Below are positions 50,096 to 63,340 of a stretch of 64,000 nucleotides of DNA, one piece after another. Both the position numbers and the translations under genes were made by a program. Position 1 is the stretch's first letter. Every line of letters starts with the position of its first letter. Source of the DNA: Octopus vulgaris. Its lineage: Eukaryota. The notes beneath the pieces are model-generated. The model made no database searches and was not told where the DNA came from. It was given only the letters and a program-made list of their open reading frames with translations. The stretch is taken from positions 61,256,001 through 61,320,000 of the forward strand of contig OX597818.1 of assembly GCA_951406725.2 (NCBI GenBank). Direction: 5' to 3'.

Positions 50096-50589
50096 CTCAT
50101 ATATTAAGTGGCACATGACATATAGAATTTTGGAATGTCTTAGAATATGTGAAATGTTCTTCCATGCTTGTCTGGGTTGGAAAATGTTATTCAAGACATT
50201 GCTTTACAGCCAGATATCTTTCCTGATGCTAACCATTGTCTGTCTTTCAAGTGGGTATCTTTTATTCAACATAGCTTTAATGGCAGGAGGAAACAAGACA
50301 GTCATTGTTGAGTGGAGGAACTGACAGCACCATTTGCCACACCTTCACATGAGCCATCACAGATATAGACAAATACAGAGACACAAATGCATGCTGACAG
50401 TCTTGCACAGTGGGATTGAACCTGAAAACACATGGTTGGGCAGTAGACTTCTCAACCAGATATCCATGCTTCAAACCCAAATGTACAAGAGATATACTGG
50501 AATCAAGTTAGGCTAACAGAAACGGTAAATTTCACTCCTGGTAAATGCACAGGGGCCAAAAGTATTAAGAGTGCTTGCAAAATTAACTA

Positions 50590-50900
50590 CCACCAGTGCT
50601 CAGGCATCTTTCAGAAGCAGTTGTAAGCTTCTGTTATTTAGAGGGTCCAATTAGCGGGGATGGGTCTGAGAGCATAATAACCAAAGTAATGGTTGGTTGG
50701 AAAAAGTTAAGAGTGCCATTACTTCTGTCGACAACAAAGGGTCTCTCTCCTTTAGAGCGAAGGGTAGACTGCATGATACTTGTGTGTGAAGTGCAATGAT
50801 GCATAGCAGAGGATTTACAAAAGCTAGCAAGAAATGAATCATGCTTGCTTCATTGGATGTGTAATAAGAGTGTGTATGAATGAGAGAGAACAAATGAATC
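50590..50900 (+). mobile_element. RTE LINE fragment, C-terminal to RT, degraded
   Basis: EAVVSFCYLEGPISGDG-SESIITKVMVGWKKLR..LLL..TKGLS resembles the RTE pattern 'V..F.YLG..IS..G....I..R...W..F'. Confidence 0.7.
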
Positions 50901-50944
50901 GAGAAAAGAACTGGTCATAAATGGTATCAAGTGTAATGTTCAAG

Positions 50945-51106
50945 GTGTAGGAGTGGCTGTGTGGTAAGTAGCTTGCTAACCAACCACATGGTTCCGGGTT
51001 CAGTCCCACTGCATGGCACCGTGGGCAAGTGTCTTCTACTATAGCCTCGGGCCGACCAAAGCCTTGTGTGTGGATTTGGTAGACAGAAACTGAAAAGAAG
51101 CCTGTC

Positions 51107-51146
<40 letters not shown>

Positions 51147-51358
51147 ATGTGTTTGTGTTTGTTCCCCCAACATCGCTTGACAACGGATGCTGGTGCGTTT
51201 ATGTCCCTGTAACTTAGCGGTTTGGCAAAAGAGGCCAATAGAATAAGTACTAGGCTTAGAAAGAATAAGTCCTGGTGTCGATTTGCTCAGCTAAAGGCGG
51301 TGCCCCAGCATGGCCACAGTTAAATGACTGAAACCAGTAAAAGAGTAAAGAGTAAAAG
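50945..51358 (+). mobile_element. tRNA-derived CORE-type SINE, full length
   Basis: Near-identical to the other copies, with a (GAGTAAA)n tail. Confidence 0.92.
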
Positions 51359-51956
51359 GATAATGTATTGATATGGCCATGTGATGAGTATAGAGGAGGA
51401 CAGCTGTAGAAAGAAGGGTCAAATAAAAATGGGTTGAAGCTGTGGAAGAGGAACAGCAAGGAAGATGTGTGTGTGCATGTGTGAGTGTGTGTGTGTGCAT
51501 GTGTGCACAAGATTCTTTGTGGATGACTGCCAGTTACCTATGCAAGCATGTTACCCCTCTCCATAATATCAATGTTTATCCACAAGGAATGCCAACGACC
51601 CTGGTTGATACAACTTGGCAGCAGTATCATCATAATTATACAGAACACAAACAACCGGAACATATACTGCAAGGCATCTTACCCAAATTTCTAAAATTTT
51701 CCACCAATTAGTCTTCCTGAATTAATATTTTTTAAAATAAACATCACCCAAGACAAATTAAGTCCCATTGGGATTTGAACTCGTGGATGCAGAGAGTCAA
51801 AACAAATCATGTGAGGCATTCTATCCAATGCTATAAAGGACTGCTAATTCACTGCTGGTCTTCCATAAACAGCCTTACCCAGACTTGTGCCTGGGAGGGT
51901 AACATTGCTGGTGCAATCCCATGGTCATTCATGACTGAAGAGAGTCTCAAAAAATA

Positions 51957-52255
51957 AAGGGTGGCTTAGTGGTTAGGGTGTTGCACTTATGATTGTGAGA
52001 TCATGGGTTCGATTCCCAGACCAGGACAAGGTGTTGCATTGTGTTCTTGAGCAAAGCACTTCATTTCATGTTGCTCTGTGATCATTTAGTCATCTGACAT
52101 GTGGCACCTGTTGCACCTGCACAGGTGATGTTAATCTGATGGAAGGAGTGAGCTTATGTCTACACAAACATTTGATCACCATAAACAAATCATCTGTGTG
52201 GTTGTTCGGTAAGAAATTGTCAAACCCTCATATGTTGTCTAAGAATAGGAAAGTC
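51957..52255 (+). mobile_element. Older tRNA-derived SINE
   Basis: A-box GTGGCTTAGTGGTTAGG, B-box GGTTCGATTCCC, then TTGTGTTCTTGAGCAAAGCACTT. Confidence 0.7.
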
Positions 52256-52530
52256 CACTATCATATATATATATATATATATACATACATACATATACAC
52301 ACACAGATATGGAAACAAAAATATAAATACTAGTATAATTATTTTATTGGTCCCAAAAGGATGAAAGGCTAAGTCAACCTCAGGAACATAAAGAACTTAC
52401 TGATCAACATAACCAATCTGAGGCAGAAAATTGGTGTTATTCAATGTTTGTTAGATGAATATGCACACATAGTGTTAAGAGACAATGTAAAGCAGAGGTA
52501 AAATAATAATCTAAATAATAATCTAGATGC

Positions 52531-52733
52531 AGCACGGAATTTTGTCAGGGAACAGGTCTCGGTCTCAAAGCGATGAAAATATTTCGACAAATTAAATTTA
52601 AATGTTGAAGAGTGAATCTAATTGATTTTGTATGTTTCTTAAATGGCTTATAAACACCTTTCATGCTGCAATTGTTTTCGTTCCAGCACACGATCTCAGA
52701 TCAGGTCACTTGCTATGCAAGTACATCTCTGTA
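52531..52733. repeat. Unclassified ~200-bp interspersed repeat, copy 2
   Basis: Homolog of 24492-24690. Confidence 0.85.
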
Positions 52734-53890
52734 AATTAATAATGGAGTACAAAAAGTAGAGATGAAATTGTTAGAAAGGATATGAAAGACTACACATTAC
52801 AGAGAAGAAGATGGATTAAGAAACAAAAAGTTACACGGTAAATATGTTGCTGCTGTTCAGTTCCAGCTGAAACCTGATCAGCAGGCCTCATAATTTGAAG
52901 GTATTCCAATCACGAACACCTTGTTTACCAGGAATTACAGCATCCAATGCATACTTTTTTCCTATTTTTAAAATGAGACTTGGCTGCTATTTCTAGCAGG
53001 TCGATCGATCGCCTATTTCGAGGCTACCTTGTAGCAGGTGTTCAAAACCTATAGCAATATGGACATACATTAAATCAATTATTAACTCAAGATTAACATT
53101 ATATTGTCAAGAAGCAATCCAGCAGCCATTACATTATCGTATGTCAAGTGAAGCCAGACGATGTATGATATTGACAATTTAATCGGTTTATTTAACAAAG
53201 AGGTTCTAACTGCTGGTCTCTTCTTCCATCAACTTCTTTTATTAGTGTAGCTTTAAAAATATTGAACTTACTTAGCTATTACCGATGTTAACTCAATGCT
53301 TTCAGGATATTTGTTTACATTTTATTTTCATTATTATTTTTGTTTCTTGAAGGTGGGCGAGGGGAGAAATTCAGCTCTGGTTGTACTTTACCTAGAAATT
53401 TTTAAACCATAAGGTTTCTTATTAAAAAAAAAAAATGTATAGAAAATATGATTCTATGTATTAAAAGCCAAAGCATTCATCTCAAATACAAACAAAAATC
53501 AAAGTTATACAAGGTCTCCTATTACTAAGAATAATTATCTGAACAAATTTACTATAATTTATCAATGATTTTTACTGAAGCAACTGACGTGTAAACTACT
53601 CCAATGCGCTGGAGTATGATATTGTATTTAACAAAATAGCTATGAAAGCTGGAAACACAATATTATCCAATGTAATTATATTAAATTATAACATATAATA
53701 ACTTTTCATAAGCAGGTAATAACTATTCAAGCACTATTTTTCTGAGAGAACAAAATGAAGCAGAATCAGATGTAATTTTATTTAACAACCAGTAAACAAC
53801 TGTAGATAATGCAGAGAATGGTCATCAGAAAATATGTTCGCAAGATTTATTGTTCATAGCTAGACTTGTTGCGTTCATTTTGTTTTATTG

Positions 53891-54192
53891 TACGAGGGTG
53901 AGTCAAAAAGTAATGCCATTTTGTTTGGTACAGGTATAATTACCAGCACAGGAACATGTATCATACATCAAATTGAAGCTGGTCCTCTGTGGATCACATC
54001 CCTACTCCTCAACATAGTCACCGTTTCTCTCAATAGCAATGTTCCACCTTCGAATGAGAGCATGTATCCCTGCCCCGTAAAATTCTGTTGACTCTTCTTT
54101 GAGCCACCTCTTCACTACAGTTTTCACTTCCTTGTCACTGGACTATCATCTCTTCGGCCCCATGAAAGAGGGTTTGAGAGGCAAATATCATT
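53891..54192. mobile_element. Mariner terminal fragment, rearranged
   Basis: TA|CGAGGGTGAGTCAAAAAGTAATGCC is a mariner-type terminus. 54140-54190 on + encodes DYHLFGPMKEGLRGK (mariner C-terminal region). Confidence 0.7.
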
Positions 54193-55163
54193 CGCAATAA
54201 ATTCCAAAAGATTTGGAGGAGTCTAATGGTGATTATGAAGGTATGGCAGCTTGGAAAACTCATTCTGATAAGAAAAGAACTCCTGAATTTGTTGGTGAGA
54301 TCCAGGCCATGATTGACAACACTCTCCAAGTCAGTCAGATCCATTGCCAGGGAGTGCCTGAGTTTCTTATCAGGCAGGTACTGCATGAAGCCATTCGGTA
54401 TTCCTCATACAAGACGACAGAGGGCCAATTTTTATCCCAAGCCATCAAGGACAGGAGGAAAGACTATGCTACAATGCTTTTGAACCAACTCAAGCATCCC
54501 CCCCAACTGAACAGGCTTTGATTTTTCTCAGACGAGAAAATATTTCTGCCAGAATCAGATGGTGAACACACAGAACAACCATTGGCTTGCTGTGTCCCCA
54601 AAACATGTACTGAGAGTGATAAAAAACAAGCATCCAGTCAACATCATTGTGTTTGGAGTGATCACTAGTGATGATGACGTTATGCCTCCATTCATCTTCC
54701 CATATGACCTCAGCCTCAACACGGAGGCCCACATCAAGTGCCTGCAGGAAGTAGTGCTGCCCTGGGTCAAGAGGGTGGCTGCTGAAAGACCCTATGTCTG
54801 GCAAAAAGACTCTGCACTATGTCACAAAAGCAGGAGAACCCAGTCATGGCTGTCAGACAATTTCTGCAACCACATTACCCCTAACATCTGGCCACCTAAC
54901 TCCCCAGACTGCAACCCCCTTGGTTATTATGCATGGGGCACAGTTGAGCGAGAGATCAACAAAACTCCTAACACCAAAGATGACCTGAAGGTAAAAATTA
55001 TGGCAGCATTGACCAACTTAAAGAGACCATCCAGAAGAGCTGTATGAGATTCTGAAGTCGTCTGGAGGCCGTAGTTTTGGTAAATATATCTGTTAAAATG
55101 AGATGTCAGTGTTGTTTTCATTTTCTCATAATTAAGATGACAATTTATTCACTGTACCCTGTA
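54193..55163 (+). mobile_element. DD37D (maT-type) Tc1/mariner transposase pseudogene, 5'-truncated
   Basis: FFSDEK at about 54522-54539. ORF 54559-55047 has VWQKDSALCH...WPPNSPDCNPLG, with 37 residues between the second D and the third catalytic position (G here). Frameshifts and stops are present. Right end is ...ACCCTG|TA. Confidence 0.88.
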
Positions 55164-56986
55164 GTGTAATGATGTGAACAAAAAAAATGTTGAAAATTTG
55201 CTAAATTTTGAAAATTGGGGAATATTCTCAATTTTCTAACCAGATCCACAGGATACAATAAATATATTCTTTTTCTAATTTAGAGACAATCCATCCTAAA
55301 ATTTTCTCGTCAACCTTCATTAGATAAGAATTCCTGAAAATTCCAAGAATCAAAAGTATGAAGTAACAGTTCTCTATTTTCCTTTTTTTCTGTATGAAAA
55401 CTTTACTTATTCAGTAATGAAATGTTTTTATAACATACAGACACATGTATATATATATATACGCACATTTATATATATGCTATACATAGAAAACACATGC
55501 AGTTAAAAAAAAAAAATGCTAGGATACAGAAATATCTTATTGGCTTGCTATAAAGCAGAGATGTTTTAAGCATAGCAAGACACAAGTTTGAAAATTGAAA
55601 TATTTCAGTTTTACAAGTTGAAATTTTCTTATACGGATATCAAAAGATAGCTCCAGAATTATCTGGTTATTTATAGGCAGAAAAGCTATAATTTCTCGTC
55701 CTTGAGTTTGAACCATATACTCATTAGCATGTCTCTATCATACTTTGGCTTCAATTTGCAAGGTAAACACCAATCAAGCAAGAATGTCAAACATTCAGTG
55801 TTAAATTGGAACGGAGCCCATTTTGGCCAGTCAAAAACTGAAACTTTTAACCAATTAGATTATGCTGACAACTGCTATCAAATTAAATAGAATAAAGAAG
55901 TAGAAAATAGAAGACTTATCACCAAGCGATATGCTGTTGGTTTGAAGACATGTAAAACCGATTCAGAGTCATTTTGTTTACTGACAATTTAAAAACCTAA
56001 TGTGTAATCATGGTTCTGAAGATAGAAAATTGGCATCTGGTTCGAAATAAAAGCTAACTTTCTCTCAATTAGCAGCTGAAGTTTAAATTTAGTATACCCA
56101 AGTGTAGGACATCTCTGAAAATTAGCCTATAAATAAAATTAAGGTAATTTTTAAAAAAAGAACATAAGGAAAGCTAGATGTCAGTAAAAATTCCTTGACC
56201 GAGTGGTTTCTTATTTTTATCTCTACATAGAAACTGTTCTGCTCGTTATATGATTAGGTTTACTCTGTAGAAAGCAACATCTTTCAACAACTCTTTTGAA
56301 GAAAAAAAAAATTCTGAAAACTTCAATCCAGTCCAACACCAAACATTTTTAACTACAAACTTTATCGAAGAAGATTGTTTCATCTTCACCTAAACGTTGT
56401 AATATTAAGACTTCAAATAAGTTAACTTGTCAGTAGTTTAATTAAAAAGAAAAAAAGTATTTTTCTTTTAATGGAGAAATTTTCTGTAATAAAATGATAA
56501 TCCTAGGAGAATTTCACTCGTCATAGCATATATAACATATCATTAAAATGACTCATGAAAATCTAATAATATATCTTTTTCCTTTTTTTTGGCTTATTAA
56601 CAGATGTTTAATAAGTTGTTTAATTCCAGACCCAGTTCTAATCAAGGAAACATATGACCAAAGGGTTCACTGGCTGTGACTGTCAATGACTTTTTAATCA
56701 TATAAAGAAATATCCAGTGTGTAGTTCTCACTCCTGTAGAAGAGTAAAGTGAGATCTGAATGATATCTGGCTGCTATTTTTAGCAGTTGTAATGACATCC
56801 TTAGTTCAGAGTGTTTAGAATCAAAATGGCAACAATACGCAAATTCACTTATAACAAAAATGATTTTAACACAAATTTACACCAATTTAGGGTGCTATAG
56901 TATCATAAACACCACAAATCATAAATTTATTTCCCCTGAATTTTCATTTCTCATGTTCAAAAAATAAAATTGAAATGGTTGTAAAT

Positions 56987-57375
56987 AGTGACTGTGTGGT
57001 AAGTAGCTTGCTTACCAACCACATGGTTCCGCGTTCAGTCCCACTGTGTGGCACCTTGGGCAAGTGTCTTCTGCTATAGCCTCGGGCCGACCAATGCCTT
57101 GTGAGTGGATTTGGTAGACGGAAACTGAAAGAAGCCTGTCGTATATATGTATATATATATACATATATATGTATGTGTGTCTGTGTTTGTCCCCCTAGCA
57201 TTGCTTGACAACCGATGCTGGTGTGTTTACATCGCCGCCACTTAGCAGTTCGGCAAAAGAGACCGATAGAATAAGTACTGGGCTTACAAAGAATAAGTCC
57301 CGGGGTTGATTTGTTCGACTAAAGGTGGTGCTCCAGCATGGCCGCAGTCAAATGACTGAAACAAGTAAAAGAGTA
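56987..57375 (+). mobile_element. tRNA-derived CORE-type SINE, full length
   Basis: Near-identical to the other copies. Confidence 0.92.
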
Positions 57376-57474
57376 ATAAACACTATGCCAAATCCTCAGG
57401 TAAGACATTGGTTAAAAGACAACCAACAAAAGGTATTTACTAATGCCATTTTGACTAAAACAGGACTATTAACT

Positions 57475-57743
57475 TGTCATCTTGTCTTGAGACAGCATTC
57501 ACCCGGGGTGGGCTGAGCTGGCTTCATTCATCCTCAATGCTGCATCTCTCACAAACGCCAACCAGACCTGGCGATTTGAGTCTAACAACTGCATTTCTTT
57601 GGCTTTTGGAACATCAGATCCCCGATGCATGAAGAAACACAGGCACTAACGATGCACACTCCCTCCAAATATAACATCGATATTACATGCCACTCTGAAG
57701 TTAGACTTCATGATTCTGGTTATCGCAAAATCAAAGTACCCCA
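57475..57743 (+). mobile_element. LINE 5' fragment (AP-endonuclease N-terminus) flanked by 13-bp direct repeats
   Basis: Translates FGFWNIRSPMHEETQALTMHTPSKYNIDITCHSEVRLHDSG (APE motifs WN.R and D....SE.R). AGGACTATTAACT occurs at 57462-74 and 57744-56. Confidence 0.8.
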
Positions 57744-58416
57744 AGGACTATTAACTCTTAATACTTGAGCCAATCTATTTGTCCAACAACTTTTGGACAG
57801 GAAAACACAAAACAGCTGATTCTTTTCTATGGCTATTGCAAGTTTTTTTGTTTTTATTTTTGAACAATTTAATTAGCAAGTTAATACTTTCTGGATTGTT
57901 TAGAAATTAATCTTCAGTCTTGTTTCGTGTAAAAGGTATGGTAGAGGTTAAAGAACAAATTTGTGTCAATGGAAAGTTGTGATTGCCTTAAGAGAAAAGA
58001 AGAAGAAGAAGCCATAGACTTGATATTGAAAACTATACAGCAATATGCAACCATGAACTCTAATTGAAGACAATACAAAAAAAAAAAAAAAAATGTTAAG
58101 GGCGATTCTATTTCACATGATGCAAAGGAAAAAGAAATTAATATTATTCTCTTTCTAAACTATAATAAAAATTCTAAGTGCCTGGCAATTAGTATAAGCC
58201 AGCTAACTGCTTCAATAAAAGTAACGAGGTCAATGCAACTGACTAAACTCATCCCTAATGAAATACTGGCTTTGGGCCTCTACAGACTAAAACAATATCT
58301 CTTCCCTGTAGTCAACAGTAATTAATACTTCTGTATTAATTAAAACTTATTAAACATGGCTTAATCTTGATGTGACAGATCTTAATGTTATAATAGACTG
58401 TGTGTGTGTGTATATA

Positions 58417-58801
58417 TCTCTCTCTATATAAACGGCAGTTTGTCTGTGCGTGTTTCTGTGTGTCTGTTTGCTTGTACCCTCACCCTGACCACGGCTTTCA
58501 ACCGATTCTGATGAAACTTGACACACACATAGCCCAATGTCATACTTCAAAACTAACGCAGCGAAAATTTTGAAAACTTCCCCCAGTTCTGAAAAAAATC
58601 GATAAATTCGACATGGGGTCGAGAATCAGAAACACGAACCACAAACTGTCTAGGGGACGCAACTCCACCTTTTTAAATCTCAAAAAAAAAATTTACCATC
58701 ATTTTTTTCCATTTTTTTGCTGTTTTTTGGCTATAACTCTCTAAAAATGCTTTATAGTTATTTCCCTTACAAACCTGAGCAACGCCGGGCGATACTGCTA
58801 G
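58417..58801 (+). mobile_element. Non-autonomous Helitron
   Basis: A|TC start, hairpin CCTGAGC-AAC-GCCGGG and CTAG|T end, inserted in a TA tract. Confidence 0.87.
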
Positions 58802-60222
58802 TATATATATATTAGCAAAAGTGTTAACAAAGATGGCAGTAATTACAGATTACTAATTAGAATAAGCATCCTTATTTCAGACCCACAGTACACATATTCT
58901 TGCTGATCTTGTGTGCACGTGTATGCATGATGGCCTCCACATGTTACAATAATTTTGATGTAATTTACAGCTTATTTCAGAGAAAATTAAGGTTTGTTAT
59001 AGCAGACACTGGTAATCTTCCTGTAATCCGACTTCACTAAACTAGCCTATTTCCCTATCAAAAGTCAGTCCATCTTAATTTACACAGTTAATGCACACGA
59101 GGAGAACATGTGGAATATGCAATCTTATTTCTCGGTCCTTCAATAAATGACTATTTTAATCTTTGCTGTTAACTCATATCTTTGCAGCATTCATTTTTAT
59201 TTTATTTTCCGTTTGTGTATCTTTTGCTGTTGTCATTAACAGTTGAGAGCTCTTTGGTGATTTTACACATTCTTTAAGCCTTAAACTGTTCTGATACAAA
59301 ATGTTCTGACCAGGAACTCTTTTTGCATTTCCATAGTAATTGGCATTCCATTAATTATTTACAGGATCCTGACAATACTGGTTTTCTAACATCAGTGGAG
59401 GGTCTTCAAATAGTAATGTTGAAAAGATTTGCCCCCAGTATACAACTGGTACTTACTTTATTGAAAGGGACAGCTAACATCAGAATATAAAGTTTGACAA
59501 CTAAATTACACTATTTTGTCCAGCATTCTACCAATTCTGACAAATAACTATTTTATCAAGATAACAATTTCATTTTCATTTTGTTGTTGTCATTTTATCA
59601 TTACTTTTTTTTAAACTTCAAAAAGGTCTTTCATTCATCTATTGAAAGAGTTATTGATTTTAATTCTTTAACTATTTCCACCTTTATAATATTGCCATAA
59701 GCACAAATTTCAACTTTAGATCTGTCTGCCATTAAATTTTTCTCGTATTTAATTGTTTATATTTTTCCTAAGTAGTTGTTTGCTTTTCTTGTTATGATAG
59801 TTCAAATTTTATTAGTTATTTGTTTGTCTGTTTTGCATTTATTCAATCTATCTTCCTGATTTATGCTTATAGTAATCATAACTTAAATGCTCAGCTCATT
59901 CTATTTTGTTTCTTTCTTGTTTGTTGTTTATATTTCCTTATAAATATATATTTCTTCTACTTTTACGTCTGACACCTTTAACATAAATCTTGTTAAATTA
60001 ACTAGGCTGTTAGATGCAAAGTTACTAAGAAAACAGGATTATTTACTCTGTATATAAGTATAAAATGTAGTCATATTCTAAGGCAGGATGCACTTAAGAT
60101 ATTCATTTAATATGGTCAGGTTCTTTTCTCTGTATCTTGTTTATTCACAAATCTCTTGAAGAAAATCTGACCCTTTATTCAGATTATTTCTTAAAGTTGT
60201 GGTTTTTATACTTCAATTTTAG

Positions 60223-60649
60223 GGATCTTTTTGGTTTGAAGGGCAGTTTTTTCTAGTGGTGTCATATGAAATTATCACCCATAATTATGACCCTAGTATC
60301 GATCTATTGCATTTCAATCTGTTTTAGGGTTAGCGTTCGTTAGGGTTAGGGTGGGGGGAAGGGTATCTTTTTTTCTTCAGAAATGTAAATAAACCCAATC
60401 TGTTTCTTAAACAAGGGATATATTCACACGGCACAGAATGTTTTCACCTCAATAGACGTCATTGATTGGTTGAAATTGCAGAAATTAAAGAAAAAAAAAC
60501 AACAAATATCTTACAAACTATAGAATTTTCTCAATAAAGCCAAGAGAAAAAGATGTTTTATAAACACATTCTACCAGTATACGAAGTTTAAAAGTGTTTA
60601 GTTACGTGGAAATTATTTTAAAAAACTGGCGTTCAATCCGAAAAGATCC
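60223..60649. mobile_element. Merlin-like MITE with 8-bp TSD
   Basis: TIRs GGATCTTTTTGGTTTGAAGGGCAGTTTT and AAAACTGGCGTTCAATCCGAAAAGATCC. Exact TSD AATTTTAG at 60215-22 and 60650-57. Internal TTAGGG-like units. GG termini with an 8-bp TSD fit Merlin. Confidence 0.8.
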
Positions 60650-61180
60650 AATTTTAGTCCTATCTTAAGCATCAAATTAAAAAAAAAAAAAAAAAATGCT
60701 TCAAGCACCTTTTTTTCTGTTACTATTTGTTACAAGTTGACTTACTGTAGAGTTGGTTTCATTTGCACTCCATTAGTGCATTTACTTTTCGTGTGGTAGT
60801 CGGCCAACAGTGCAGATGTTAGCAATACATTCATAAACTAAAGAGCAATGAAATAAACAAACAAAAAAAAAAAAAAAACCCTACACAACTTTATGCAAAA
60901 ACAAGTTACATAAAAAAAAGTGCTTTAACATCAGATGTGATAATAAAGGAAAAAAAAATGCATAAATATGTTTGTGGGTATCTGTTTCTTATTTCATTTG
61001 ATGGTAATGGATATTTTTTTTAAGGTTGTGGAATATTTGCATATAGCTTTACTCAACCTGGTACTACTGCTCCAAACCTTTCTTCCTAATGTTACCTGTA
61101 TTATTCTTCATGTGTTATTATTGCTATTATTACAAATATAGGTGGGATATGAGTATCAAGATGAATGATCATCATCATTA

Positions 61181-61210
<30 letters not shown>

Positions 61211-61215
<5 letters not shown>

Positions 61216-61507
61216 TAGTTTTATTTTTATAGCGTGCTTTCACTTCACTACCGAGCGCAGCTCTGTGTGCCTTGGGTATGTGTTGCGATTTGTTGTGATG
61301 GTTACTGTATTGAAAGAGTTTTGCATAGGATGTTTGCAGTGCCCAGTAGCGCAATTTTCTGTATGTTATATGTGTTTGTAAGTCCTGGTGTTTTTGTTAT
61401 GTATTTGTCTGAATATTTTTTTTTATCATACCTAATGCACCTACTATGATAGGAATTATTTCTGTTTTTAGATTCCACATTTGAGTTACCTCTATTTCCA
61501 GGTCTTT

Positions 61508-61551
<44 letters not shown>

Positions 61552-61857
61552 TAGTTTTATTTTTATAGCGTGCTTTCACTTCACTACCGAGCGCAGCTCT
61601 GTTTGCCTTGGGTATGTGTTGTGATTTGTTGTGATGCTCTGATGGTTACTGTATTGAAAGTGTTTTTTGTGTAGGATGTGTGCAGTGCCCAGTAGTGTAA
61701 TTTTCTGTATGTTATATGTGTTTGTAAGTCCTGGTGTTTTTGTTATGTATTTGTCTGAATATTTGTTTTTTATCATACCTAATGCACCTAATATGATAGG
61801 AATTGTTTCTGTTTTTAGATTCCAAATTCGAGTTACCTCTACTTCCAGGTCTTTGTA
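61211..61857 (-). mobile_element. Two tandem 3' ends of an R4/Dong-type (RLE) non-LTR retrotransposon in (TAA)n
   Basis: Minus translation YKDLEVEVTRIWNLKTETIPIILGALGMIKNKYSDKYITKTPGLTNTYNIQKITLLGTAHIL. Units 61211-61510 and 61547-61857 are each flanked by (TTA)n. Confidence 0.82.
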
Positions 61858-62939
61858 TTATTATTATTATTATTATTATTGTTATTATTATTATTATTAT
61901 TATTATTCTCTTCCTGCATCAACCACTTGCCAAACAACCATCCCAAAAAATATATACAAGAGAAATTATGATGAGCATGTTTCTGATTATATATTCAGAA
62001 AACAAGTAAACACACACATGTTCGTGTGTGTATGCATAAAAGTGGAGCTGGATAAGCATATGGTCAATGTTCTATAAAGGATGTATCAGAAATGAAGACT
62101 TATATTTCTGAAACCTTGAGAGTGCCAGATGTTTTCCAAACATCTAAACATATATAGGTCAGTAATCTTGTACCAATTTATTATTATAAAAGCAAAGTGT
62201 GCCAATTGCTTCTGAATCTGCCAAAATTTTGACATTTATATCTTTTGAACCTTATTACTATTTTAAAATCCTTCTATGTAAAGAACTAGTTATCTAAGAG
62301 GATGGTTATATCTCTCTGTAGGCATGCTGTCATCCTTTGTTTTACAATGGTCTCTGAGGTATTTGTTTTGTTTGTGAGGTATGAACCAAGAAGTTACCAC
62401 ACTTCTTAAATGACAGAAATGGGTAGTACTCAGTCTTTCATGTACTTTTTTTATTTCCATTCTTTTGTTGGAAAGAATAGACTACACCCATGGATTTTGT
62501 AGGTACTCTGTGATAATGTACAGTATAATCATACTAACCAACCATAGGTCAAAATGCCATGCTACTAACAGTTTACTGACCATTATAGGAAGAGAAATCC
62601 TGCTTTATTTATTTTATTACAAACAGTACTTTTATAATAATTGTTTAGCTTTCAAACAGTTCAGAATTCTGTATTTGTATACATAAGCAACGACTTTATT
62701 CTAACACAATTTCTTTTAGAAAATTAGTATTTGTAAATCTCACAACGAGAGATATTCAGCAACAGTACTCTGGAAATTGCGATACACAGATATTGTTTTG
62801 AGCTGAGTTGGGGTGCTAGGTTCCCCTGTTTGAAAAAAATATAAGGACACAGATTGTGTTGTATAGTCAGCTGGAGACGATGTCTCCTGGGGCTAAATTA
62901 CAGTAACTTTTGTCCTAAACAAGGACTGCCATATTATGT

Positions 62940-63093
62940 TGGCAGCTGTGTGGTAAGTAGCTTGCTTACCAGCCACATGGTTCCAGGTTCAGTCCCACAG
63001 CGTAGCACCTTGGGCAAGTGTCTTTTACTATAGCCTCAGGCCGACCAAAGCCTTGTGAGTGGATTTGGTAGACAGAAACTGAAAGGAGCCCAT

Positions 63094-63130
<37 letters not shown>

Positions 63131-63340
63131 ATATATATATGTATATATATATGTGTGTGTGTGTGTTTTTGCCCCCCCCCCCCCATCACTTGACAACCAA
63201 TGCTGGTGTGTTTATGTACCCGTAACTTAGCAATAAAATAAGTACTACAAAGAATAAGTTCTGGGGTTGATTTATTTGATTAAAGGCAGTGCTCCAGCAT
63301 GGCTGCAGTCAATTGACTGAAACAAATAAAAGAATAAAAG
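62940..63340 (+). mobile_element. tRNA-derived CORE-type SINE, with small internal deletions
   Basis: Homologous to the other copies. Confidence 0.9.

Noticed and set aside
60323-60352. Telomere or chromosome-fusion relic
   Set aside because: Only a few TTAGGG units, and they are internal to a TIR/TSD-bounded MITE.
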